From the NCBI GenBank assembly GCA_023213395.1, contig CM041465.1:225253741-225317740 (forward strand): a DNA stretch of 64,000 nucleotides. The letters run 5' to 3'. Under the pieces are notes generated by a model, which saw only the letters and a list, made by a program, of their open reading frames with translations, was not told the origin of the DNA and searched no databases. This stretch comes from Cycas panzhihuaensis. Taxonomy: Eukaryota > Plantae > Cycadophyta. The translations under genes were made by a program, and so were the position numbers. Below, in pieces: positions 48,501-61,656 of this stretch; positions within the stretch are counted from its first letter, which is position 1; each line of letters begins with the position of its first letter.

Positions 48501-51500
48501 ATCAAAATGTATTAGGCCGAAAGGTTCCTTAACACACCATGCTCTTCCATTTAATCTGAATAGAGCCTGATGATGATATCCATAACACAAGCCTCACAAA
48601 TACATTTGGTTTACTTGATATTTGGTATTTCATGCACCATATTCAGTTTTCAATGTGAAAGTAGATATAGGCTATTCATATTCAGATGACTAAGGCGTTG
48701 ATGCCATAAGTGGTCTTTTGGAATTGTTTGAGAAATAAGTGCTTTTGGAGCAAATTGAAGCAAAAGTATTTGAGGTGAAAGATGGGTTACTATAAGAGTT
48801 AGTTTTATTTGGTAAGAACACGTCTTGAAATAATATCAAGCTTATATAGACCTTGGTTTTTATATCATGAAGCAATCAAATTGGTATTCGAATTTATAAT
48901 TAAACATTTTCCAAGGTGACTGAACAAAACATAAAAGTTTTTCTTATTTATCTAGTTAACTGATAGTAAATTATTTGTCATACCATCTACATAAAAGACA
49001 TTGCTGAGGTGATGTTGAATATTAGAATTCTTCAAAGGTATTAGAGCATTACCAATCTTGATAACCTCTAAAATGACACCATCACGAAATGTAACTGATT
49101 GATCCTACATTAACCTTGTGTCTATAAATAGTTTTTTAGAACCTATCATGTGACGAGAGGTTCTAGGATCTATCAACTAGGATTTATCAGAATGATGTGT
49201 TATTGATGCAACAAATAAAAGGTTTTGTGAATTGGCCATGTGGCCACCTTGGTTTTGATTTTGTCTTTGGTTGTGATTTTTATTATACTGGTTGCCCTAA
49301 GGGGCATTTTGATTGTGTCTTCTTAGTCCTTAATAATCATTTTGGTTTTGCCTTCATGGTCCTTAATAGTTACCACATCCACAATTCGGATTGCCTAATA
49401 TGGTAGGGTAGTTTTGATATTGTTGTTGTTGAAGGTCAGCATTTTTCTTCTTATAATCAAGTGTAATGTGACTAAATTTGCTATAATAGTGACAAACAAC
49501 CTGAGTAGGATACTGTGGTTACAGTTGACATTGTTGATATGGATGTTGGTTTAAATTCATTGAATTGAACTATTGAGTTAGATATGGACATTGTTGTCTT
49601 CCTCTTTGGCATGATGCAAAGGTTGGAGTTGAAGAGGAGGCACTTAAATCTCTTGATATGTTCATGATGCATTCCTCTTGAAGTAGAAGACCTTCAAAGG
49701 TGTTGAAATCAAGTGTGGAAAGATGATCTGTATGAGATATATTAGATATGAAGGAGTTATATGTGGCTGCCTCAAAGGTGTTGAAATCAAGTGTGGTAAG
49801 ATGATCTATATGAGATATATTGGATACGAAGGAGTTATATCTTTCTAGAAAAACATTGACTATACAATATATAAGATCACTATCATTTGGTGGCTGACCC
49901 ATATCATTCAACTAGTTCTTGATTCATTTGATTCGTGTCAGATGGGATGCAATAGATCTAGCAAATGGTATAGAATATAGCCAAGTTTTAAGCATGACAA
50001 CTCTTGTAATCTTTTTCTCATACAATGCACATATTATTTTTCAAGCATCAACAGGAGTGGGGGCAAGTTCAATATTTTGGTCAACGTTATCTTCAAAGGA
50101 TAGGTGCATGAATGAAAGGGTAACTTCACCAAATTCTTTAAAGGCAGTTAAAGCATCATGATCAAAATGAATGATAACATCAGGATCATTAGGATTTCAG
50201 GTGTCTTTAGGCATGGAAATTTGATTGGAAACATAATCGTAATTTATATTATTAGAATATTCTTGGCTTGTTTATTCCAAGCCAAGAAATCATCACTACT
50301 GGATAAATGAATAAAATGATTATATTAGTTACAACTATTTAAAGTACTATTTTGCCTGAGGTATGTATCATGTCTACCTAGAAAGACATACAAATCTAGT
50401 AGTTGCAGTCTTTATGTCTCATTTTCCAATAGCTCTTGGTAGTTAATACGATCTTGTTTAATGGCGTACTTACCCATAAGTGGTAGTTTAGGGACCCTAA
50501 CCAAAGGTATGTGGGTGCTACTAAAGGCTCTTCAGTGTCCCTGACATTGTTGATGCACCTGTGCCGAATTTACAACTTGAACAACAAATTCTTGTCTAAG
50601 GGCACACTTACAACCAAGGCACTCTTCTCTTTAGGTCTAGTTTGGTTTTTAAACTCCAAAGTTTAGGTAAAACACCTCAGCATGCCACTCAATACACTTG
50701 ATAGTGATTGCCTTCCCTTATAATCCATAGAGTTTGAGAAAGCACAATAGCATATGCAGGAGTGGTAGTTTTAGGTGTCTTAATAGTTCCCCTTGCAAGA
50801 CTAGTAATAAGGGTTGTTTAATTAGGAAATATTTTGTTTAATCTTTTAACTTTATAATTTTTCAAAGGTTTTGTGATTAAAAAAATAAATTTTTTATATT
50901 TTTTAAACAGAAATATGTTAAAACAGGAAAAGACTCTAAAAGAAAACTTAAAAACAACCTAAAACATATTGACAAATAAGCTAGAAGACGATTAAAAATG
51001 CTAAAAAGATAAAATTTTAGGTTAGGGTTAAATATTAAAAAAAATATATTCTTTGAATATCTTAAAGTGTATAATCTAAAGTTTAAAAATTATTGAAAAA
51101 TAAAAAATCAAATGATAAGATTTAAAAATTAGAACAAATAATAATAGATACAAAGAGAAATTTTTCTTTATTATAGTTATGAAATCATAGACGAACATTG
51201 TATTTGAAGTGATGACATTGTAAGGAGCTCAACTAATGGTCATAATGCATAGTTTTGTTACTTTCACAGTGAATGGCAGTGAAGAGAAATATAAAGGGTC
51301 GCCCAAACTTCTCTTTACAACTCAATTGATCGTGAAACAATATTTGGTCATGCTTGGTCACACATACGTGAGTGCTCATGCGTGTTAGCTACAATGTTCA
51401 CCTATGTGTTGGACTTCATTCCATCCCTCATCGTTCATTGGAATGACGTCTGTAATCATAAATATTTAACAAGTAGCATGCATTTTGCAAACTACTTTTC

Positions 51501-52531
51501 AATTGTGTCTAGTCAAAATAGCTAACCCTAACAGAGAAAATGTTAGTTGGGTGGTGTGTGGACCAGTTCAGTGCTTCCTTTTATGGGCTTTTCAAGGTCC
51601 TAAGCAGAAAGGTGATGACATGTGAGTGCCCTTAGTACGAGTCTCAATCATCCCCCAATTGTTTCTCTACACCATGTAGCCTACCATGCATAAACCATCA
51701 TCAACCAAAGAGAATAATAGAGTGTAGCAATAGGAACAACCTATTTGTGCGCCTTAAATGAATGCCTCAACATATCTTAACTAGACTGGGAATTCGTACA
51801 GTTCCTATTTGAGTTGTGAAATCAAAGGGACAACCTCCGCGTGATCCAACCATAGCAAAGGAAAACTAGGGAAAAGGTGAATACTGTGGTGGAACATGAG
51901 TTTTACAACTCATCATATAACTACTATGGCTTTTATTTTGAGGTCATGAAGCATTTAGATGCAATAAGAGTGTAGAGTTATGGAAGGACATGTAGGCAGA
52001 GGTTAAAACTTGGTACAATTTTGGCACAACCTAGTATAACCTTACTTTAATACCAAGTGAAGGGTATGGGAATTTATTCCAACTTCAACCCAGGTTCAAA
52101 TCTCATAGAGTATTAGCATAACATTTACAAATACAAGTAGAAGACAATGTGAAGAGATTAAAATTTTTAATTCTCCAACCATCAAAACATTTCATTAATC
52201 ACTCACTAAAGATTATATTGTATCAATATTAAGCCTTGCATATGCATTCACTTTACAATTATCAGAGAGGCTTATGGGAATATGAAGGGTTGATCATGCA
52301 AGGTGACATTTGGCATTTTGTATGATCAACTTACATAGATGTTATAATGGGTTGTGAGAAAAAATGACTCTGCATGCTTAGGCTGATAACTTCATGTTGT
52401 AACTTAACATAAACATGAGACTACTACCCTTATAATGTATTAACATACTAATATTACTTTATATTATAAATGTATATTACATTAAAAAATATTAAAGAGA
52501 ATTAATGAAGTTAACATTAATTCTTATATCA
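45509..52531 (-). mobile_element. Full-length degenerate Ty1/copia element
   Basis: LTRs 45509-45977 and 52058-52531 (TG...CA, about 85% identical by eye). Perfect TSD TATTT; PBS TGGTATTAAAG (52055-52045); PPT TTAAGGGAGAG at 45978-88. gag-PR-INT-RT-RH on - at about 50350-46010 (TPQQNGIVES, YKARLVAKGF, YGFK*SPRA, FEMTDLRLLHYFLGIEV, HIEIHHHFIKK). Confidence 0.93.
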
Positions 52532-52539
52532 TATTTATC

Positions 52540-55500
52540 CTAATGGTGTCCATGTCCAAAGCCATAGTAGTTGAGACCGAGTTTGTGGTAGAGTGAGCAA
52601 CAACATTTAGGCAAGATTCTATATACTATCAATGATCCTAATTTTTTTAGTAGCAGCACCAATGACCCAAAATTGAGGAAACATAATGATCAATTATAAA
52701 ACTAGTAACAGACCTAGTACATATTCCAATAATAAAAGCAAATTGACATATAAAAGCTACCTTATATGTTAAGTGTTTAGAGAAATGGGTCCTTGGACAG
52801 TTGAAGGTGTGTAAAGCAAAGCAAATGATCTTCATAATTAACTTTGCACTTAATGAGGACTCTAATTCTGAGAATGAACCCAATGAGGAGGCCCCCCAAG
52901 AATTCCTCCCCAGTCTTTAACTAGAAGTTTCATTGGCTACTGTCTCATTTGCATCTTGCCCAAAACCCCTCTGAGTAAAAGGATAAATTAAGAAAACCCC
53001 TATCACAATCTTGATTGATGGTGGTGCATTATTAAATTTCATCAACATTTCTTTAGTAAGACAATTAAATCTTTACATTATCCACAAAATTAGGTTTATC
53101 TATTCTTTACTAAGCCACCAAACCTTGCACTATATCGGTATTATAAAAACTGTGATGGTCCAGATTGGTTCTTATAGCCTAGTCAATGATTTTTATGCAT
53201 TATCTATATAAGAGGATCTGACACAATCTTTGGAGTCTAATGGCTCCAAACACTCCGTACATATAATACTAATAACTCCCCTAACAATCCCTTCATCTTG
53301 TTTAAAGACCGTATGAGCCAAACTTACAAGTTGCATGGCATCCAGTCTATCCCTAACAAAGTCATTTTCTCAAATTGAATGAGGAAGCACTTGATTAGGA
53401 GTCTTGAATACATAGTTTGTATTAATAGTATCCAACCTCAACAAGTTATTTACTTAGACATTTAGGCTCTCTCATTTATGTATTTGCTATGCCACCCAAC
53501 AACCCCCTGTTGGATCGTGGTTTTCATTACTCCATCAAACTCAAAAATCCCTACAATCCCATTAGCTTAAGGTGCTATCAATTTTGTATTTCTAGAAAAA
53601 TAAAATTGAGAAAATTACAAGAAAATTAATGGACATGAGTATTATCTAGCATAATAAAAGTGTTTATGCGATACTTGTTGCCATTGTCTGAAAAAAAGAT
53701 GGTTCATTCTAACTTTGTGTAGACTAAATGGAACTCAATAGAATCATAATAGAAAACAAGTTCCCAAACCTTAGGATTAACAACATGCTCGATGAAATCC
53801 ATGGTACGATCATCTTTTCTAAACTAGATCTTCAGTCCAATTATTAACAAATCTTGATTTCCCCTGAAGATTGCTACAAGACTACTTTCAAGATGCACCA
53901 CGAGCAGTTTGAGCTCCAAGTGATGCCATTTAGACTATGTAATGCTCCAACCACATTCCAATCCTTAATTAACAAGATTTCGAGGCCATATCTACAAAAA
54001 CTTGTCATTGGTTTCTTTGATGATATCATTATTTATGATGGTTGTATAATTCACCACCTTCAACCTCTGGAAATGATCCTTCACATCCTCAACCAACACA
54101 AGCTATATGCAAAACTCTCTTAAGTATGATCTGAGTTGTAATACTTAGGCTATATCATCTCAGCAAAATGTGTGAGATTTGGCTTGGATAAAATCTTGGT
54201 TATCACTACCTAGTTTATACCTAAGAACCTCACATAGTTATGAGCCTCCCTGGGTCTCACAGGGTTCTATTATCATTTTGTCTAGAACTATGCTTCGTTG
54301 ACTACCCGAATGACCAACTTACTTTAAAAGAATTCATTCTAGTGGTCCCTTGCGATGATAAATACTTTTAATCACCTCAAAACCATTATGATGTCCACCT
54401 CAATCCTAACCATGCTCGATTCTTCACTACCCTTTTAGCTTGAATGTGATGCTTTGGGTTTCAACCTAGGCACTATTCTCATGTAAAAGTTTCATCCTAT
54501 TGCATTTGAAAGTAAAAAACTCAAGGACCATGAGTGCTGACTATCCACTTATAAGAAAGAGATAAAAGCAATTATGTATGCAATAGACAAGTGGCAACAA
54601 TATCTCCTTGGCTCTAAATTCACCCTCTTATTTAATCACCATAGTTTTGCCCCTTATTAGACCAACTAATATTGTCTGAAGCACATGCCAAATGGATTGA
54701 TTGCTTACATGTATTTAATTTTATAATCACTTATAAAAAGAGAAAAGATAATATTATCATTGATGCCCTCTTTTGTCTCCTTTTTTATTGATGCCCTCTC
54801 CCATCTCCTTTTTTACAGTGACACCTCACCATAACCACTTATCCATACTATTTTTGCACCTCAACTGATTTGGTTAAAAGACTTAGAAGTGGAAAACCAA
54901 GCCCAATCAAAGTTTTCTTAATGGGCTTCTAAAGCCTAAGATAACATGGATTGATCCACTCACAACGATCTTCTTTTACACAAAGACTGTATTTTCATTC
55001 ACCTAACATCTATCTTTATCTCTCGCATCTTAATAGAGTACCACTCCACTCTTATAGGGGGTCACTTGGGTTTTGACAAAATATATCAACATATTCATGT
55101 AGATTTTTACTTATCATGCATAAAACCCTTCATCCTTACATTTGTTATAAAATGTGACACATGTCAAAGAAATAAGATAAACATTAAGGCCCAGTACAAA
55201 CTGCTTCAACCCCTATACATTCCCTAAGGAAAATAGTAAGATATTTCCATGGACTTCATCATAACCGTACTACTATCCATTGGATATGATTTAATTTAGA
55301 TCATCATTGATAGACTAACCAAATATACCCATGTTCTACCAACCCATACATCGTATAAAGCAACCAGCCTCACCGAGTTGTACATCTAGACTATATTCTG
55401 CCTTCATGGGTTCTTGTTCACTATAGTATGTGACTATGGCCCCAAGTTTATCAATACATTTGGGCAAGAAAATTTTGAGAAATAGGAACCTCATTTACTA

Positions 55501-55694
55501 TGGGTTTAGTTTATCATCCACAAATAAATGACCAATTAAAAGCCTTTAATAAAACACTAGAAACTAACCTACGATGCTTTGCCTATAAGCATAAGCCAAA
55601 TTGACATTTTGGCTAGCTCTCATAGAGCATTTGTATAATTTCTCTCACCATTTGTTCATTGACATATCTCCATTTATAATTCTTTATGGTTTCC
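52540..55694 (+). pseudogene. Outer chromovirus gag end, protease, RT, RNase H, integrase core
   Basis: ILIDGGALLNFI; FSKLDLQS; VMPFRLCNAPTTFQ...FFDDIIIY; FxLECDA; EYHSTLIGGHLG...CDTCQR; ISMDFI; DRLTKY; YHPQIN. Confidence 0.92.
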
Positions 55695-56439
55695 TGTTAT
55701 GAACCTCCTTAAGCAAAAGGGTTTAATTAATTGTTTAAATGAATAGGTGTTGTTGAATAGACACAACCTTCTATGAAAAGGGCCTAATATGCATATAAGA
55801 TTAGTCCCAAATGTAATATAGACATCATTCATCTTTTATTAATCAAATATATGGTCTTTTAACTATTTTTACCTACTCAGTTGCTCTTGTGCTCACATGC
55901 ACTCTCTGGAATCTAGTGATTGGGTTCTGGTTACGAACAAGGTCCATAACAAGTGGTATCAGAGCGAATGTTCTTGGGTGCTGTGTGTAAAGTTGCTATA
56001 AATAACTCAAGTTATTCTTTCACTCAACAATTGTTGCTGGGCTCTTCACCAATTGATAGTTCCACACAGTCAATCAGTATTATTAATATGTCTGGCCATC
56101 CATCATCGATATCTAGAGGTATTTTTCACTATCGTCGCCTTTTATTTGATTATTGACTATCAATTAATTCTTTCTATCCATTCGTAGAGCCTGTACATAT
56201 AGCACTCATCTGGTCATAGCAGTTTAATTAGTCATCTATTCTATTATGTGCATCCATTCATAATTGCATATATTGTATATTATATATTACCAATGATATC
56301 ACATAAATTGTCATAAACCTGCACTCTGAATAAATTATTGATAATAGTATACATTTTTCCATCATACGTTTCATATTTACAATGAGTGTGAGCATGTCTG
56401 TTTGATCATCCATCAGTCGTGTCTCTATCGCCACCCTCT

Positions 56440-56850
56440 ATCATCTCTGATTATTCTCGTCACTGGCTTATCCTCGTCGCGTGTCTGATTCTCTTATCAT
56501 TGGTTTCCTTCTCGTCACTGATCTATTCTAGTCATTGTTCATTCTCGTCATTATTCCGTTCTAGTCATTGTTCTGTTCTAGTTATCCATTCTCGTCACTG
56601 GTTCGTTCTAGTCACTAGTCCGTTCTAGTCAGCCCTTCTAGTAATTGTTCCATTCTCGTCACTATTCCATTCTAGTCACTGGTTTTAATAACGCATTTCT
56701 GTCACTGGTTTTCGCGTTATAACTTATTCTCATCGTCGATTCTTGCGTAGCTTATTCATTCTCATCACTGAGCTTATTCATTCTCGTCACTGGAGGGGTA
56801 TGCATTCATTCTCATCATTGGGTTTCGCACCATTCATTCTCATCACTAAT
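56440..56850 (+). repeat. Degenerate short tandem repeats (TTCTCGTCACT / TTCTAGTCA units) in the TR-GAG-like leader
   Basis: More than a dozen variants of CATTCTCGTCACTG and TTCTAGTCATTG. Confidence 0.75.
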
Positions 56851-57938
56851 TTTCTTATTTTTGTCTACATTCCAAGATCGACCATCCATATAGCCTACCT
56901 TCGTTGACGCCTTACTTCACCTTCTAAAAACGTCATGCGTGGTCAAAAAATTGGTGCAGGGTGCAGTCATTTCGTGGCACTAGCATTAAGCATCTCGCTT
57001 TGTCGATATCATTAATATTATCACTTATATGTTACAGACATTATAGTCTTCCATTCTGTTTTCTTTGTGTCTTTCATTTTCCATTTTCCCTTCATTTCCC
57101 TCTATCTGTTTCCTCGTGGTCTTCTACACCTGTGTCTATTATGTGATCTCCTTTCATTTGTTGTTAGTTTAGTTCCTCTCATAATAAGAATTCACTTATA
57201 CCAAGCATAAGCATTCACTTATACCAAGCATATGAACAATAATCATTAATTAATCCACACAACTTCTCCACATTATCTTAATATCATTGTAAATAAAGAT
57301 ATTTTAAGATTCAACTTTATACTGTTGAGAGCTGCCAATATATTGGATACAATATACAACATCACAAATAACGTAGTACCTTTATCCTTAGTTATATTAA
57401 AAATTATTACGTTTTCTATTGCATTAATTTTACACTAATACATTATTATCTCTTTAATTATTTTATAATATTTTGACAACATTTTATTAACATTGCACTT
57501 TCATCTTATATATGTTTAATACTATTATATTATACTTTGATGTCATTTAAAATATTTATGATATTTTAAATTATATCTTTTCTTTTTCAAATACTATATA
57601 GAGTCATTTCCATATTTAGTCTATTGATCACATAGATAAGACACTTGACTAGTCTCAAGGTTCTAGTCATATCTGTAATCTCATATTGTCATAAATTTTT
57701 AGATAATACTTCAATATAATGTTAAATATTTAAGTCTATTTCTCTTCTAAATCACCACCTATTCAATCAATTTAATATCCTTTGGATATTGAATAAGTTG
57801 CCCGATCTTATCATTTATATACAAGGGTGACCTACTTGAAATACATTCTGTAGTATCAAGCAAGATCAAAATATTATTTTGGGGCTATCTAACACGATAG
57901 AAAGGTAGTGGAACCGCACTTACACAATCATTAAAATA

Positions 57939-59834
57939 ATGAACACTGAAGAGATGGCAGACAATACCATCTAAAAGGATATCGTTGAACCAATTACTCA
58001 AGCAGTCCACGAAGCAGTCCAGACATCAAACACGCTCTTAAATCATACATTGCATTAGATCTTGGATAAATTGACAATCCTAGCAACAAACAGAAAAGAA
58101 GACATGATTGTTCTAGATTTAGAGGATGAGGCAATGCGTCGATAGTCTCATATCAGAAATCAAACCATTAAAAAATATTCCAGTCCTCAGACAACTCCCA
58201 TTAATACTAAGAATGAAGCTATCATAAAATACCTTAATGAGTATCACAGTTTGACCCCTGAAGAATAGAAGATAGTAGGTTTTCAAACATACTTCAACTG
58301 CTTACAAAGTATTCAAACACAAAAAAAGAAACAGTTAGAAAAGATTACTATACAACGTTTTAGTATGGAGCAAAAATCACATGAGCCGAGAGTGTGGATA
58401 CAACAAATGGAAAACTATTTCCACTTAATGGAGATTGAGTCGGCATAGCAAGTTCCATTAGCCACCCTACACATGGATGGGATAGCGTGTGAATGGTGGC
58501 AGTGTCTTGAACAAACCTCTTTTCGAGATCAATTACCTACCTGGAAAGAATTTGTGTGTTTATTTATTCGGCGATTTGAAACCGTATCTAATCGTGATTA
58601 TTATTGTGAATTACAAAAATTAATGCAAATTGGCTATGTGGAAGAATATAGTGCAGCATTCATGAGGTTAAGCTATGTCCTAGAAGATATTCTGACTAAT
58701 CGACTTATTCAGTTATATATAGATGGTCTAATAACAAAGATCCAAGCTAATGTTAAAATTCAAGAACCCAAGGACGTTAATAAGGCAATACAGATAGCCA
58801 AAATACATGAAGATAAACACAAGGTCTTACGCAAAATAGGCACAGATCTCTATATTCCTCTACCTAGTCGACATGATCTTTTACCAAGTGTTCAACATAT
58901 ACACGTATCAGTCAACCTGAATCGTCCTACTAAACCAATCATTCAAAAAATAAAAACAAAGCAAGAAGAGTTAAGAAGAAGAAACCTATACTTCAGATGT
59001 GAGGAGAAGTGGGAACCTGGGCATAGATGTCAAAAGAACCAATTATATACAATCAGACTACTGTCAGATGACAATATTTATGAAGAATAACAAGGATCAG
59101 AAAATAATCAAAGAAATTATTATAATGTAGAACATCAAGAGAGCTACAGTAATCTCGAGGTCAACCATCTGCAAATGTCACTATCATTTATGAGCAGTTT
59201 TAATCAATCAAATACCTTAAAATTACAGGGGTCTATCAAAAATCAAGTTGTAACAATCTTGATAGATTCAGGTAGCACACATAATTTTATAGATTGAAAC
59301 TGTGCATAACAACTGAGGCTATTCCCATTAAGGACTCCTCATTTTTATGTTATTGTTGGAGGAAGATAGGTAATCTTTGACCAAGGTATAATGAAAAACC
59401 TTAAACTCACGTTAAACAATGCCAGTATTATAGAAGATTTCTACATCGTTGAGGTAGGAGGTGTAGATATTGTGTTGGGCAGTCAATGGCTCAGTACACT
59501 TGGAACCTTTGCAATGAATATTCATGAACAATTTATGTGATTTAAGAAAGAAGGAAGAATCATCACGTTATCAGGAAAAGGATTGAATAAAACTAAAATC
59601 ATACCACGCAAGGATCAGGGTGAAGAAGTTAAGAAGCAACCACAAGCATTCCAAAAACACAGCTGAGGTTTTCAACCCGAAGAATCTTCTAATAAATACC
59701 TGCAACATCTGTCTAATCACCTAATGGACTCTACTACAATGAAGGACAATGTACATTTAAGGGACTGCAATCGTTCAACTATGTTTCGTGGGCGAAACAT
59801 CTTAAGAGGGAGGACTTGTTATGAACCTCCTTAA
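57939..59834 (+). pseudogene. Single-frame gag-protease ORF of the TR-GAG-like element, running through the PPT into the 3' LTR
   Basis: WIQQMENYF...HMDGIACEWW...YIDGL...YFRCEEKWEPGHRC...ILIDSGSTHNFID...DIVLGSQWLSTLG. No frameshift over about 630 codons, only point stops. Confidence 0.9.
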
Positions 59835-60078
59835 GCAAAAGGGCTTAATTAATTGTTTAAATGAATAGGTGCTATTGAACGGACACAATCTTCCATGAAA
59901 GGGGCCTAATATGCATATAAAATTGGTCCCAAATGTAATATAGACATCATTCATCTTTTATTAATCAAATATATGGTCTTTTGACTATTTTTACCTACTC
60001 AGCTGCTCTTGTGCTCACGTGTACTCTCTGGAATCTGGTGATTGGGTTTTGGTTACGAACAAGGTCTATAACATTTCC

Positions 60079-60674
60079 CCTAAGATCCCATCACATGTTA
60101 GCAACTAACCTCTAAATTGCATCTATCTAATAGAAACTTTAAGATATGGATTAAATCCTCACCACCCTTAAATACGACTTAGCCATAACATAAAATAATA
60201 TGAAATAACTTATTGACTGCCACCATTTTGATTGATCATTTTCCATTAGAGACCCCATCTTTCTTTGTCTCCAACCCTAAAAATAATAATCGTTTAAGAG
60301 GCATAGAAGTTGAAATCTTAATCCATGCTACTATGGACCATACAAAGAACTCCAACAAATTGGTGAAGTTGTATATGCCCTTGAACTCTCACCTAATACT
60401 AAAATCCATAATGTATTTCATGTTTTATGACTTAAGAAGTATCTTGGTAAAGATGTTGTCACCCAAACAACCGTGCTAATCCTTGATGAAGAGTAACTTT
60501 TCATTGGCCTGCCATAGTAGATTTTGGCTAGTTGATAATGCCACTTCTACAATAGGACCATCTCTAAATACTAGATGCAATGGGTCAGTTGTGGGCTAGA
60601 TGAAGCAACTTGGGAATCTACCAAATTTATTAAACAATATCCACACCACATTCGCTTCGATGACTCAACATCTT
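60079..60674 (+). pseudogene. Outer chromovirus integrase C-terminus and chromodomain
   Basis: YYGPY; P*KILAS...MQWVSCGLDEATWESTKFIKQYPH immediately before the PPT. Confidence 0.85.
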
Positions 60675-60687
60675 AGGGAGGGGGGCT

Positions 60688-61087
60688 TGTTACATAACCA
60701 TTTGTAGTCTATAGAACTTGCCTGCCTCTTCATATGATCAACACTCCCAGTGGTTAGTCTTAGTCATTAACTTGTGTGTGCAGAACCATTTGTGACCACC
60801 AATAGTATTGAGGACCATTTGTCTCTCCAATGGTATTAGTTGAAAGAAGGCCTCTTTTATCTATTTAAGGATTGACATTTGTAAATGAAGGTGGTTGTGT
60901 ATTTTGTATCTTATATGAGATTGTATTTCAATACACTTTGGTGCTTCTAAACTCTCTATGGTGTTGTTGTAAGTGCTTAATCTAGGTATTTTACATCCTT
61001 AATGAATACAAGTGGATTTATTTACCTTTATATTTTGTATTATTTGCATTGCAAGGTTGAAGAAGATCATTGAAAATGAACCTCTTA
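60688..61087 (+). repeat. 3' LTR of the outer chromovirus
   Basis: Follows the PPT, is homologous to 25495-25892 and is followed by TSD GATTG. Confidence 0.87.
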
Positions 61088-61656
61088 GATTGAAAACATT
61101 TTTCTAGAAATGCAGGGGATGGTAATTTCTCCCCTATTTTTGTTGTATATTAGTAATTTTCTCTATCTAATGAAAAGTTAGACCATGCATACATTAACAT
61201 GAATGGAATTATAGAAATAAGTAAGAAAAATTAGAATGAAATAAAAGATAAAAAATTAGAATTTAGAATTTCAAATACATTCTTCTTAATTCTTGATAGT
61301 TATCCTTCATTAGTATCTAATTCTAACATGATATTATTTTAAGAATGATAATTAATTTACTATTTAATAACTTTTTAAAATTATGATGATATTGTTTCTC
61401 TAATTAATAACTATATGATGTTTTACAAATTAAAATTTCAAAGAGGAAAAATTCAGAGCATAAAAATAAAAAATAGACATTGGCTAATTATTTTTGAACT
61501 AACACTTTTATTAGTATTTTCATTTATTATTTATATTTCTATAATGATAAGCATATTTTAAATTACTCTATTGAATAGCATTTTTTTTTTCTCATTTTCT
61601 TTTTAAAGACTTTCATGAAGAATTTGGAGTTTTTGAAGGGTTATGAAAGGGTCTCA

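Larger units (their letters stand above)
55695..60073 (+). mobile_element. Non-autonomous gag-protease-only LTR retrotransposon (TR-GAG-like), 4.4 kb
   Basis: 257-bp LTRs 55695-55951 and 59817-60073 (17 differences, all transitions). Perfect TSD TTTCC; perfect iMet PBS TGGTATCAGAGC 55954-65; PPT AAGAGGGAGGA 59804-14. No RT/RH/INT. Confidence 0.93.
25495..61087 (+). mobile_element. Old full-length chromovirus (Ty3/gypsy with chromodomain) hosting three nested LTR elements
   Basis: Homologous LTRs start TGTTACATAACCA at 25495 and 60688. Perfect TSD GATTG (25490-94 / 61088-92). PBS TGGTATCATAG 25894; PPT AGGGAGGGGGG 60675-85. gag-pol pieces are collinear across the insertions. Confidence 0.88.

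Noticed and set aside
50400-52040. Long copia leader with an AT-rich block as a captured gene or DNA transposon
   Set aside because: No ORF, TIR or TSD I could support; left unassigned.
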